Part shown: positions 30,501 through 38,124 of the stretch, in pieces
Numbering within the stretch: the first letter of the stretch is position 1
How the letters are laid out: every line of letters starts with the position of its first letter
Assembly: GCA_051859245.1 (NCBI GenBank)
Contig: JBHYGA010000004.1
Location: 736,001 to 800,000, forward strand
Source: Gemmatimonadaceae bacterium
GTDB taxonomy: Bacteria > Gemmatimonadota > Gemmatimonadetes > Gemmatimonadales > Gemmatimonadaceae
Direction: 5' to 3'
DNA length: 64,000 bases
Made by a program: the position numbers and the translations under genes
Notes under the pieces: generated by a model
What the model was told of the DNA's origin: nothing
Databases searched by the model: none
What the model saw: only the letters and a program-made list of their open reading frames with translations

Positions 30501-30933
30501 ACAGTTCACGTCGTTCCTCGCCATTGTGAAAAAGGCGCTCGACGCGGAAGGTATTGCGTACGAGTATCTGGATGGGCGCACGCGCGATCGTGAAGCACGC
30601 GTGGCACGCTTTCAGAATGATCCGGCCTGTCCGCTGTTCCTTATCAGTCTCAAGGCCGGTGGCCACGGCCTCAACCTGACGGCCGCAGACTACGTGTTTC
30701 TGCTTGATCCCTGGTGGAATCCCGCCGTGGAAGCACAGGCTATCGATCGCGCACACCGCATTGGTCGTGCGCGGCGTGTGATTGCCACGCGATTGGTGGC
30801 ACGTGATACGATCGAGGAGAAGATCTTGCAGCTGCAGGCGTCCAAACGTGCACTCGCGGATGCGATCCTCACCGCCGACAAGGGTGTCATGGCGTCCATC
30901 GGACGCGAGGAGCTGGAGTTGTTGCTGGGCTAG
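27556..30933 (+). CDS. SWIM zinc finger plus SNF2-family helicase/ATPase
   Basis: CSC..CEH SWIM motif; LADDMGLGKT, LDEAQAIKN, LSGTPIEN, LVFSQF, SLKAGGHGLNL, QAIDRAHRIG. Confidence 0.95.
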   Translation: MMHTSLARPFSDEIRARGKFLFSTGAVHMAHSAPELVLAVVQADGSFSLTIRAEQGQLLLSCSCDSAVAGIACEHLWAFLLAIRNNGALANLLRSSGDVTDVVVGPDAGASEAESRLAASPPPSIRSPQTPSWQHAIERARWRMQYEYDTALREHAEWPADRRLVYVIDTVASRSAPGVTIELATEKRNRDGVWSTPKTFAYSTAMWFASPEASDQDIARALLGAAPLPDFGRVRTSFVLAESGEHPLLRKICSTGRARLRTHGSRTHLPAVRWDDSSADGAPWTFELAVKRMRSGEHVLEGAIVRGEQRLPITAPDLLHPSGVIIVNDKVALFNHAGAFPMLTELQAAPGMAVGRDVADVLTRLYSMPHVPALTLPAEVAIQQSHDEPVPRLVFSADAAPVLRKDMTGIQLEFQYGTQRVKATDSGASRFCPTTNTLYHRHGEAEARARARLLTLGATELRDLTTRQEGLVLPRSRMPNVAFQLAREGWQVEAEGRALRAPGTVRATVRTGVDWFDLDGAVEYGDATASLTAVLEARRKGEDSVQLSDGTHGLLPTDWLSQLGPLLAGGERGESGTRFRKTQLSLLDALLASLPDVDVDETFATARTKLEGFDHIVPADAPPTFTGVLREYQREGLGWLHFLREFGFGGCLADDMGLGKTIQVLALLEARRVAGHGPSLVVVPRSLVFNWQREAEKFAPQMRVMDWGESERRVDLFDATSVDLVIVTYGTLRRDAVHLGAISFDYVVLDEAQAIKNSSTATSKATRLLQAEHRLALSGTPIENRIEELWSLLDFLNPGMLGGSMRFTSLLRDASPVAEHLAVAAPDAAAAAENGSAAEHAVAVEGEPVAAEGDAEVAAAMHDILARALRPVILRRTKTEVAPELPERVESTLEVELEPDQRAFYNELRDRYRSSLLQMVDREGLQKSRMHILEALLRLRQAACHPQLADATKKNLPSAKLDALIPALAEVSAEGNKALVFSQFTSFLAIVKKALDAEGIAYEYLDGRTRDREARVARFQNDPACPLFLISLKAGGHGLNLTAADYVFLLDPWWNPAVEAQAIDRAHRIGRARRVIATRLVARDTIEEKILQLQASKRALADAILTADKGVMASIGREELELLLG

Positions 30934-30942
30934 CCGAAATCA

Positions 30943-32187
30943 TTACTGCTTTGACATCAGATACGCGCGCACGGCCGGGTCTTCCGTCAGACCAATGGCT
31001 CGTGCGCGCGCGTCATGTGCGGCTGTGGTGTTTCCCAGTTCGCTGAACAAATGCGCGCGCAGCGCCCACCACGGCTGATAGTTGCGCACTGCATCCATCG
31101 GTAGCGCGTCCGCTTCCGCCAGTGCACGTGCTGCGCCGTAGGCACGCGCGTACGCAGCCGCACGGTTGACGTAGGCACCAACGGTTGGCGACAACATCAC
31201 GAGCTGATCATAGAGCAACGCGATCGCTGCATAGTCTGACTGCCCGCGAAAGTGTTCGGCCAGATGCGCTGATTGTATCGCTGCCTCGAGTTGAAAACGT
31301 CCTGGCGTCAGGAAACGCGACGCGCGACGAAGCAGTTGTTCAGCCGTGTGAATGCGCGTGGCATCCCATGAGTCGACCGACTGCTCAGCAAACGGAATGT
31401 ATGCGCCGTCTGACCCCCGACGCGACGCATCGCGCGCGCGGCAATACAGAAAGAGCGATAAGAGTCCCAGTGCTTCCGCTTCATCGGGCAAGGCGTGCAC
31501 AAGAATCTCCGCGAGATGAATCGCTTCGTCGCGCAGCTCGTGCCGCTGAGACGCGTCAGAAAACCCGTTGCTCTCGGAGCCGAGCCAGGCCACACCAAAC
31601 GCGGCGTACAGTGCTTCCAGTACTGCGTTCAGTCGAGGCGCACGCTCACTCGGCGCGGGTACGCGGAATGCAATGCCCGCGTCGCGAATCTTCCGCTTCG
31701 CGCGTACCAGTCGTTGCGCCATGGCTGATGGCGCGGTGAGATACGCGTTCGCGATGACAGCGGCGTCGATGCCAAGCACCACTTGCAGCATCAATGGCGT
31801 GTGCACGCTCGCATCAATGCCGGGATCAGCGCACGCAAACAGCAACTCGGCGCGACGATCGGGCAGGGTCTCAGTCTCGTCAGCCTGCTCCACCACGCGC
31901 GCCGCATACTCAAGTTCTGGCTCGGCGCGCAGGCGAACCTCATCACGTCGAGCGCGATCAAGCACTCGGCGTCGTGCCACGGCCAGCAACCACGCCTCGG
32001 GTTTGTGTGGCACGCCTTCTTCTGGCCACGTCGTCAGGGCGGACATCATCGCATCCGCCAGCGCGTCTTCTGCCAGTGCGAGATCGCGCGTGCGGCTGGA
32101 AAGAATCGCCACCAGCCGCCCATACGAGTCGCGTGCGACTCGCTGGACAGCTTCGTGCGTGACTTCAACGTTTCGATCGAGCGCCAT
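30943..32187 (-). CDS. ECF sigma factor with long C-terminal TPR-like extension (ECF42 / DUF6596 type)
   Basis: AEDALADA..WPEEGVP..AWLL region 2, LLFACADP, AMAQRLVRAKRKI region 4, FQLEAAI tail; downstream of a DGPF protein gene. Confidence 0.92.
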   Translation of the reverse strand: MALDRNVEVTHEAVQRVARDSYGRLVAILSSRTRDLALAEDALADAMMSALTTWPEEGVPHKPEAWLLAVARRRVLDRARRDEVRLRAEPELEYAARVVEQADETETLPDRRAELLFACADPGIDASVHTPLMLQVVLGIDAAVIANAYLTAPSAMAQRLVRAKRKIRDAGIAFRVPAPSERAPRLNAVLEALYAAFGVAWLGSESNGFSDASQRHELRDEAIHLAEILVHALPDEAEALGLLSLFLYCRARDASRRGSDGAYIPFAEQSVDSWDATRIHTAEQLLRRASRFLTPGRFQLEAAIQSAHLAEHFRGQSDYAAIALLYDQLVMLSPTVGAYVNRAAAYARAYGAARALAEADALPMDAVRNYQPWWALRAHLFSELGNTTAAHDARARAIGLTEDPAVRAYLMSKQ

Positions 32188-32195
32188 GCCGTGAT

Positions 32196-32558
32196 TTACG
32201 GCGCGGGCGGTGGCGGCAGCATCGGACGCACTTCTACAGAACCCTGTGCCGCTGACGGACACTTCGCGGCCCAGGCCAGTGCCGCATCAAGATCCGGCAC
32301 GTTCACCATGAACAGTCCACCGAGCATCTCGTGTGTGTCAGCGAATGGACCGTCCTGCACCTGTCGCTTGCCATCACGCAGGCGCACGGTTGTTGCCATG
32401 TCCGGCGTTTGCAAGCCAGCACCGCCAGCTGCCACGCCAGCTTCGACCAGCGCGCGAGAATACGCGGTGTAGGCTGACCAGTAGGCCGTCGCGCGCTCCG
32501 GATCGTTGCGGGCGGCAAGTTCGGCGGCCGTTTCGTAAACGAGAATTGCGTACTGCAT
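32196..32558 (-). CDS. YciI family (DGPF) protein
   Basis: ATTVR..DGPFADTHEMLGG..VEVRP; GAGGAG RBS before ATG 32558. Confidence 0.92.
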   Translation of the reverse strand: MQYAILVYETAAELAARNDPERATAYWSAYTAYSRALVEAGVAAGGAGLQTPDMATTVRLRDGKRQVQDGPFADTHEMLGGLFMVNVPDLDAALAWAAKCPSAAQGSVEVRPMLPPPPAP

Positions 32559-32616
32559 TGTGGGAATGCTCCTCATGATTGGTTGTGCGGCCGTGGGGAT
32601 CGCGGCTGCGCAACGG

Positions 32617-32649
32617 AATGACGCGCTCGATATCAGCCAATCGACATGC
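32617..32649 (-). promoter_or_regulatory. Putative ECF42-type promoter TGTCGA-N17-CGTC for the yciI-sigma operon
   Basis: Minus strand reads GCATGTCGATTGGCTGATATCGAGCGCGTCATT. Confidence 0.7.
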
Positions 32650-32677
32650 CGGCGCAACAATTCACCAGCAAGGCGCA

Positions 32678-32710
32678 GCATGTCGATTGAGCGTCGGCTG
32701 CCGCGACATT
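32678..32710 (+). promoter_or_regulatory. Putative ECF42-type promoter TGTCGA-N17-CGAC for the divergent YciI-like gene
   Basis: Plus strand reads GCATGTCGATTGAGCGTCGGCTGCCGCGACATT; same spacing and flanks as the opposite promoter. Confidence 0.7.
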
Positions 32711-32771
32711 GGTCACGAGGGCGACAACGCCTGTTGCCTGAACACACGACCGTTCTGTGGAGAACCACATC

Positions 32772-33212
32772 ATGACCCGTCGATTCCTGCCCGCTGCGTT
32801 CGCACTGCTCCTGCTCGCAACATCTGCTCCGCGCGTGTTGCGCGCCCAGAGTGCGCCACCAGATCGCATGTACACCGTGCTCATCTTCGAGCGTGCCGAA
32901 GATCTCGCGCGACGCAACAGTACCAAGGACGCGGCATCTTATTGGAATGCGTACAACGAGTTCGCCGGTGCACTCATGAAAGCTGGTGCGCTTCGTGGTG
33001 GCTCGGCGCTCGCAGAGAACACCGTGCTGACGGCGCGCGGCAACGGCGGCGCCGACGCTGGTGTTCGTGGCGCGAAACTTGGCGGCTACTTCGTGATCGA
33101 GGCTGCGACGCCCGAGGAAGCGCTACGGCTGGCCAAGCTGGCACCCGCATTTGCTGTGACCGTTGAAGTACGGCCGCACCGGGCCAATCCATCGGCGCCC
33201 ATGTCACCCTGA
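32772..33212 (+). CDS. YciI-like protein with signal peptide, lacking the DGPF motif
   Basis: Signal peptide ending LRA-Q; YWNAY..GALRGGSAL..LGGYFVIEA..VEVRP aligns by eye with the divergent YciI. Confidence 0.85.
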   Translation: MTRRFLPAAFALLLLATSAPRVLRAQSAPPDRMYTVLIFERAEDLARRNSTKDAASYWNAYNEFAGALMKAGALRGGSALAENTVLTARGNGGADAGVRGAKLGGYFVIEAATPEEALRLAKLAPAFAVTVEVRPHRANPSAPMSP

Positions 33213-33275
33213 AAGCTCGGCCACCGTTTCGGCCGGTGCGTTGCCCCACAGGGCCAACTGCTCCACCTTTCAGGG

Positions 33276-34037
33276 ATGCCCTCGTACGTCGACTCCCGCA
33301 TTCCGCGCCGCCTTGCCGGCTGGCGCAGTCCCGCTCTCGGTCTCGAGATGCCCATCGTTCACTACGGGTGGGGCGGGCAGCCTGTGCTGCTCTTTCCCAC
33401 CGCTGCTGCGGACTATCTCGAGAACGAGCGCTTCTGGCTGGTCAAAGCCATTGAACCGCTCATCGGTGCCGGTCGCATTCAGGTGTTTTCGATTGACAGT
33501 ATCAATCGACTCGCCTGGATGGACCGCAAGATGCCCGTGCAGGAGCAGGCGCGTCGACAGGCGCTGTACTCGCGTTACATCGAAGACGAAGTCGTGCCAT
33601 TCATGCGTCATGCCGTGGGCGATCCGGGGGCGCGTCCGATCACCACCGGCGCGAGCTTTGGCTGCTTTCACGCCGCGAATGCGCTGTTCCGGCGCCCCGA
33701 TCTGTTCGGCGGTTTGATTGGCATGAGCGGCTTCTATGACCTGTCGCCGAGCTACTTCAAGGGATTCACCAACGAAAACGCGTACTTCAATAATCCCATG
33801 TGGTACGTGGCCAACCTCGAGGGTGGACCGCTCGACACGCTGCGACATCACACGCGTATTGCGCTGGTGGCCGGACAGGGAGCGTACGAAGCGCCCGACG
33901 CCACGCGATCGTTTCACGACCTGCTCGACCGCAAGAGCATTGGACACATTTTCGATCTGTGGGGTCATGATGTGAATCACGACTGGCCATGGTGGCGAAA
34001 AATGTTGCCACACTATCTGGAGCGACTCGGATGCTGA
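33276..34037 (+). CDS. Alpha/beta-hydrolase, putative esterase
   Basis: Nucleophile elbow TTGASFG, C-terminal WGHDVNHDWPWW. Confidence 0.87.
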   Translation: MPSYVDSRIPRRLAGWRSPALGLEMPIVHYGWGGQPVLLFPTAAADYLENERFWLVKAIEPLIGAGRIQVFSIDSINRLAWMDRKMPVQEQARRQALYSRYIEDEVVPFMRHAVGDPGARPITTGASFGCFHAANALFRRPDLFGGLIGMSGFYDLSPSYFKGFTNENAYFNNPMWYVANLEGGPLDTLRHHTRIALVAGQGAYEAPDATRSFHDLLDRKSIGHIFDLWGHDVNHDWPWWRKMLPHYLERLGC

Positions 34038-35305
34038 AGAAATCTGCGACGGTGCTTGTTGCGCTCTCGATCACGTTCACGAGCGCTGCACATGCGCAAG
34101 CACCGCGTATGCAAACCGCCGACCTGGCCACGCGCGTTGCCCACGCGCGCACCTTGTTGCGTGACGTGCCGCTTGTTGACGGCCACAACGATCTTCCGTG
34201 GGCCATGCGTCAGTTCGCTAACGCGCCGCTTGATGTCGACGCGTACGACATCAGCAAACCGGTGCCGGGGCATACGGACCTTGCACGTTTGCGCAAAGGC
34301 GGCGTGGGCGGACAGTTCTGGTCTGTGTATGTGCCGGGCGAAGTGGCCGATTCCGGCTACGCGCGCATTCAGCTCGAACAGATCGACATCGCCCGACGTG
34401 TGATCGCGCGTTACCCGCGTGACTTGCAGTGGGCACTCACCGCCAGCGAACTGCGTGCGCAGCACAAGGCCGGACGCATTGGCTCCGTGCTCGGCATGGA
34501 AGGTGGGCACGTCATTGAAAACTCGCTGGGCGCATTGCGTGCCTACTACGATCTTGGTGCGCGCTATCTCACACTCACGCACAACGTCACGCTCGACTGG
34601 GCAGACGCGGCCGGTGATGCGCACAAACACGGTGGACTCACCGAGTTCGGACGTGAAGTCGTGCGCGAGATGAACCGACTCGGCATGCTCGTGGATCTGT
34701 CGCACGTCTCGCCGGGCACGATGAGCGATGCCCTTGATGTCTCTGAAGCGCCGATCATTTTTTCACACTCGAATGCTCGCGCGATCACCGATGTGCCGCG
34801 CAATGTGCCAGACAGCATTCTGCGGCGTTTGCCGGCCAACGGCGGCGTGGTCATGATCACATTCGTTCCCGGTTTTGCCTCGCAAAAAGTGGCTGACTGG
34901 GGCGCGCGCCTGAATGCGGTGGCGAAGGCGGCGGGCACGGATGCCGACGCGCAGTTCAAAGCCGTCGCGGCATTTCGCGAAGCGAATCCACTGCCACGTG
35001 CGACATTGTCCGACGTGGCAGATCATATTGACCATGTAAAGAAAATCGCCGGCGCTGCACATGTTGGACTCGGTGGCGACTACGATGGCATTACCGATGT
35101 GGTGGAAGGTCTGGAAGACGTGTCCAAGTATCCGGAACTGCTCGCGGAACTCATGCGCCGCGGTTGGACGGATGCGGAGCTCAAGGGCCTCGCGGGCGAG
35201 AATGTGCTGCGCGCCATGACGCAGGCTGAGAAGGTCGCGGCGCGTTTGCAGCGTGAGCGTCCGGCGTCCACCAAGACCATTCGCCAGCTCGACGGCTCGC
35301 GGTAA
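34031..35305 (+). CDS. Membrane dipeptidase (peptidase M19), exported
   Basis: DGHNDLPW, QFWSVY, GMEGGH, LTLTH, VDLSHVS, FSHS, GLGGDYDG; signal peptide. Confidence 0.93.
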   Translation: MLKKSATVLVALSITFTSAAHAQAPRMQTADLATRVAHARTLLRDVPLVDGHNDLPWAMRQFANAPLDVDAYDISKPVPGHTDLARLRKGGVGGQFWSVYVPGEVADSGYARIQLEQIDIARRVIARYPRDLQWALTASELRAQHKAGRIGSVLGMEGGHVIENSLGALRAYYDLGARYLTLTHNVTLDWADAAGDAHKHGGLTEFGREVVREMNRLGMLVDLSHVSPGTMSDALDVSEAPIIFSHSNARAITDVPRNVPDSILRRLPANGGVVMITFVPGFASQKVADWGARLNAVAKAAGTDADAQFKAVAAFREANPLPRATLSDVADHIDHVKKIAGAAHVGLGGDYDGITDVVEGLEDVSKYPELLAELMRRGWTDAELKGLAGENVLRAMTQAEKVAARLQRERPASTKTIRQLDGSR

Positions 35306-35489
35306 CACACGCTCGCGCGAGCGACGGTCGCGCGTGGTGGGGACAACTTGAATCGTCTCGTCCCCGCACCGCGCCGGTCGGCCTTTCCTGGGTGAGATCG
35401 ACGCGCTCCAGCGCTAGCGTACCGCTCGTCCGTAGGCTGTGTGTGAGCGCATTTCGCGCTCGCATTTCCTGAGTTTCCCGGAGTGCGTG

Positions 35490-36665
35490 ATGTCGATTGA
35501 TCGTCGCGGTTTTCTCAAGGCGGGTGCGCTCGCCGGTGGTGCGCTCGGACTGGGCCTCACGCCTCGCGCTGGTTTCTCAGAAACGCCAGCGCCTCGCGTC
35601 TATACACCCGATGGCGTGGAGCAGCGACCGGCACCACTGCGCATGCTCATTCTCGGTGGTACGGGCTTCATCGGGCCGGCCCAGGTTGAGTACGCCATCG
35701 CGCGCGGGCACACGGTCACGCTGTTCAACCGCGGACGCACGAATCCGTCGCTTTTCCCGAACGTTGAGAAGCTTGTGGGTGACCGGAATGCGCCCAACGG
35801 CTACGACGCGCTCAAGGGCAATCGCGAATGGGACGTGGTGATCGACAATCCCACTACCTATCCGCGCTGGGTGCGCGGTGCGGCCGACGCGCTCGCCGGT
35901 CGCACCAAGCACTACATGTTTGTGTCCACGATTTCTGTGTTCAGCGACTACTCGAAGCCGCGTATGGCCGAGGACGGTCCGTTGCACGAGCCGGGCGATC
36001 CCACGGCGACCGCGATGACGCCCGCTGGTCCGGCGTCATACGGTGCGCTCAAAGTGCGCTCGGAAATGGACGCGCGCGAGCGATTCGGCGCGAACGTCAC
36101 GGTGGTGCGCCCGGGCTTGATCGTTGGTCCCGGAGACTTGAGCGATCGTTTTTCGTATTGGCCCGTGCGGATCGAAAAAGGCGGCGAGATTCTGTCTCCG
36201 GGTTCGCCAGACGATCCCACGCAATACGTGGACGCGCGTGATCTTGGCGAGTGGATGATTCGTCTGGCTGAGAATCGGGTGTTCGGCACGTTCAACGCCA
36301 CCGGTCCGGCCACACCCACGAACATGGCGCAGATGTTGTACGGCATTAAGGCCGTCACCTCGAGCGATGCACGGTTCACGTGGGTCGACGCCGACTTCCT
36401 GCAGGCCAACAATGTGCGCGGCTGGAGCGAGATGCCCGTATGGCAACCGGCGCGCGGCGGCTCGCTCGGTTTTATGCAGATCGACTGCAGCAAAGCGTAC
36501 GCGGCGGGGCTCACCTTCCGTCCGCTCGCTGACACGGCGCGGGACACCCTCGCCTGGTATCACACACGTCCTGCGGACCAGCAGGCGCAGCTGCGCGCCG
36601 GTATTGCCCCGGACAAGGAAAAGACCGTACTCGCGGCGTGGCACGCGCGCGCAAAAGGTGGCTGA
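35490..36665 (+). CDS. Tat-signal NAD-dependent epimerase/dehydratase (extended SDR) family protein
   Basis: DRRGFLK twin-arginine leader; LILGGTGFIG, FVSTISV, YGALK, VRPGLIVGP. Confidence 0.88.
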   Translation: MSIDRRGFLKAGALAGGALGLGLTPRAGFSETPAPRVYTPDGVEQRPAPLRMLILGGTGFIGPAQVEYAIARGHTVTLFNRGRTNPSLFPNVEKLVGDRNAPNGYDALKGNREWDVVIDNPTTYPRWVRGAADALAGRTKHYMFVSTISVFSDYSKPRMAEDGPLHEPGDPTATAMTPAGPASYGALKVRSEMDARERFGANVTVVRPGLIVGPGDLSDRFSYWPVRIEKGGEILSPGSPDDPTQYVDARDLGEWMIRLAENRVFGTFNATGPATPTNMAQMLYGIKAVTSSDARFTWVDADFLQANNVRGWSEMPVWQPARGGSLGFMQIDCSKAYAAGLTFRPLADTARDTLAWYHTRPADQQAQLRAGIAPDKEKTVLAAWHARAKGG

Positions 36666-36732
36666 TTACAGCGTCCAACGCTGGTGATCACCGCGAGGTG
36701 ATCGATCACCACCTTTGCCAAGCAGGTGTGGT

Positions 36733-37086
36733 ATGTCGGTGTTTCTGCGCACAACGCTGTTGCTTACGCTGTCCAACATGTTCATGACGTTCGCCTGGTA
36801 CGCGCACCTGAAGGATCAGGCGAGCAAGCCGTGGTACATCGCGGCGTTGGTGAGCTGGGGAATCGCGCTGTTCGAATACATGATTCAGGTGCCGGCCAAT
36901 CGCATTGGCTACACCACGATGTCGCTGCCGCAGCTCAAGATTCTGCAGGAAGCCATCGCGCTGCTCGTGTTCATTCCGTTCGTGATTTTCTACATGAAGC
37001 AGCCCATCAAGATCGACTATCTGTGGGCGTCGCTGTGCGTGATGGGGGCGGTGTTTTTCATGTTCCGGGCGCAGAGTGGGGGGTGA
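36733..37086 (+). CDS. Small DMT-superfamily membrane protein (DUF486-like)
   Basis: LSNMFMTFAWYAHLK, SWGIALFEY..QVPANRIG, QLKILQE. Confidence 0.9.
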   Translation: MSVFLRTTLLLTLSNMFMTFAWYAHLKDQASKPWYIAALVSWGIALFEYMIQVPANRIGYTTMSLPQLKILQEAIALLVFIPFVIFYMKQPIKIDYLWASLCVMGAVFFMFRAQSGG

Positions 37087-37131
37087 TGGTCCGCGGCATC
37101 GGGGTGGCGCGGGGGAACGGCAACGGCATGG

Positions 37132-37253
37132 ACCACGGAGTCGTGGAGGCGCGGAGGACAGCACGCGGTGGCCATCCCCCCCAGTTTTGCACGGGTCGAT
37201 GGGTCGCGATCTCGCGCGCGCAGGCAGTCTCCGTGTCTCCGCGTCTCCGCGGT
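37132..37253. repeat. Intergenic inverted repeat built from three octamer units per arm (nCnnGGAG x3)
   Basis: ACCACGGAGTCGTGGAGGCGCGGAG (37132-37156) vs CTCCGTGTCTCCGCGTCTCCGCGGT (37229-37253); 20/25 complementary by manual comparison. Confidence 0.7.
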
Positions 37254-37341
37254 AAACGCTGTTCTCCCAGCTCAGCTCGTAAACCATCCCAGCGGACGAA
37301 GCCCCTCTCGGCAAACCGGACCAGCGCCCATAGGGACCCAC

Positions 37342-37374
37342 TTGACAGCGTTAGGTTAACATCGTTAAGCTAAC
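37342..37374 (+). promoter_or_regulatory. Sigma70-like promoter (TTGACA / TAAGCT) overlapped by a TetR operator palindrome
   Basis: TTGACA 37342-37347, TAAGCT 37366-37371; dyad GTTAGGTTAAC-atc-GTTAAGCTAAC at 37350-37374 (10/11 match). Confidence 0.75.
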
Positions 37375-37377
37375 CCC

Positions 37378-38040
37378 ATGTCCGTGTCCTCCCCCGCACC
37401 GAAAGCCGGCCCCGCGGCCCGCCGCGTCCGCCAGAAGGAAGAAACCCGCGCCCGCATCCTGGACGCGGCCCGGGAGCTCTTCGTGGAAAATGGCGTGGAG
37501 GCCACCACCATGCGCGCCATCGCGGCCCGCATCGAGTACACGCCCACGGCCATCTATCACCACTTTCGCGACAAAGAGGCGCTGATCGAGGAGCTCTGCT
37601 ACCTCGACTTCCGCGCCCTCGCCTCAGCGCTCATCCGGATCGGAGAAATCGCCGACCCGATCGAACGCATCAGGCGCATGGGAATCGCATACGCCGACTT
37701 CGGGTTCGACAATAGAAGCCAGTATCGATTCCTCTTCATGACACAAACGCAACATGAGCGGCTCGATCTGTCCCGAATTGAAAAGGACAACCCGGAACAG
37801 GACGCCTACGGTTTCCTCGTCATGACGGTGAAGGAAGGGCTGAGCAAGGGCCTTTTCCGCCCCGAGTTTCAGGACGAACACCAGCTGGCGCAGCTCTTCT
37901 GGAGCGGCTTGCACGGCCTCGTCTCCCTGCATATCGCCAAAGAAAATGATCCTTGGATCGACTGGCGTGATCCCAAGTCCACCATTCGACTCGCGATCGA
38001 CGTCATGATTCGCGGTACGCGACGCAACAGCCTCACCTGA
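37378..38040 (+). CDS. TetR/AcrR family regulator of the efflux locus
   Basis: ILDAARELF..TTMRAIAARIEYTPTAIYHHFRDKEAL; WSGLHG C-terminal motif. Confidence 0.93.
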   Translation: MSVSSPAPKAGPAARRVRQKEETRARILDAARELFVENGVEATTMRAIAARIEYTPTAIYHHFRDKEALIEELCYLDFRALASALIRIGEIADPIERIRRMGIAYADFGFDNRSQYRFLFMTQTQHERLDLSRIEKDNPEQDAYGFLVMTVKEGLSKGLFRPEFQDEHQLAQLFWSGLHGLVSLHIAKENDPWIDWRDPKSTIRLAIDVMIRGTRRNSLT

Positions 38041-38063
38041 TTCTCCGCCTGCCCCAGGTCAAC

Positions 38064-38089
38064 AGCCTCGCTCCCGCGAGGCTCTCTTT
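38064..38089 (+). terminator. Probable intrinsic terminator after tetR (weak U-tract)
   Basis: AGCCTCGC-TCCC-GCGAGGCT followed by CTCTTT. Confidence 0.55.
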
Positions 38090-38124
38090 GGCCCAAGTAC
38101 CTAACGTTGTTACACAACATATCG

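Noticed and set aside
35330..35375. Imperfect GC-rich hairpin after the dipeptidase gene
   Set aside because: Bulged stem with no adjacent U-tract; cannot be called a terminator or REP from one copy
36706..37373. ORFs of 211 and 215 aa spanning the DMT gene and the repeat region
   Set aside because: Low-complexity translations arising from high GC and the repeat; no domain evidence
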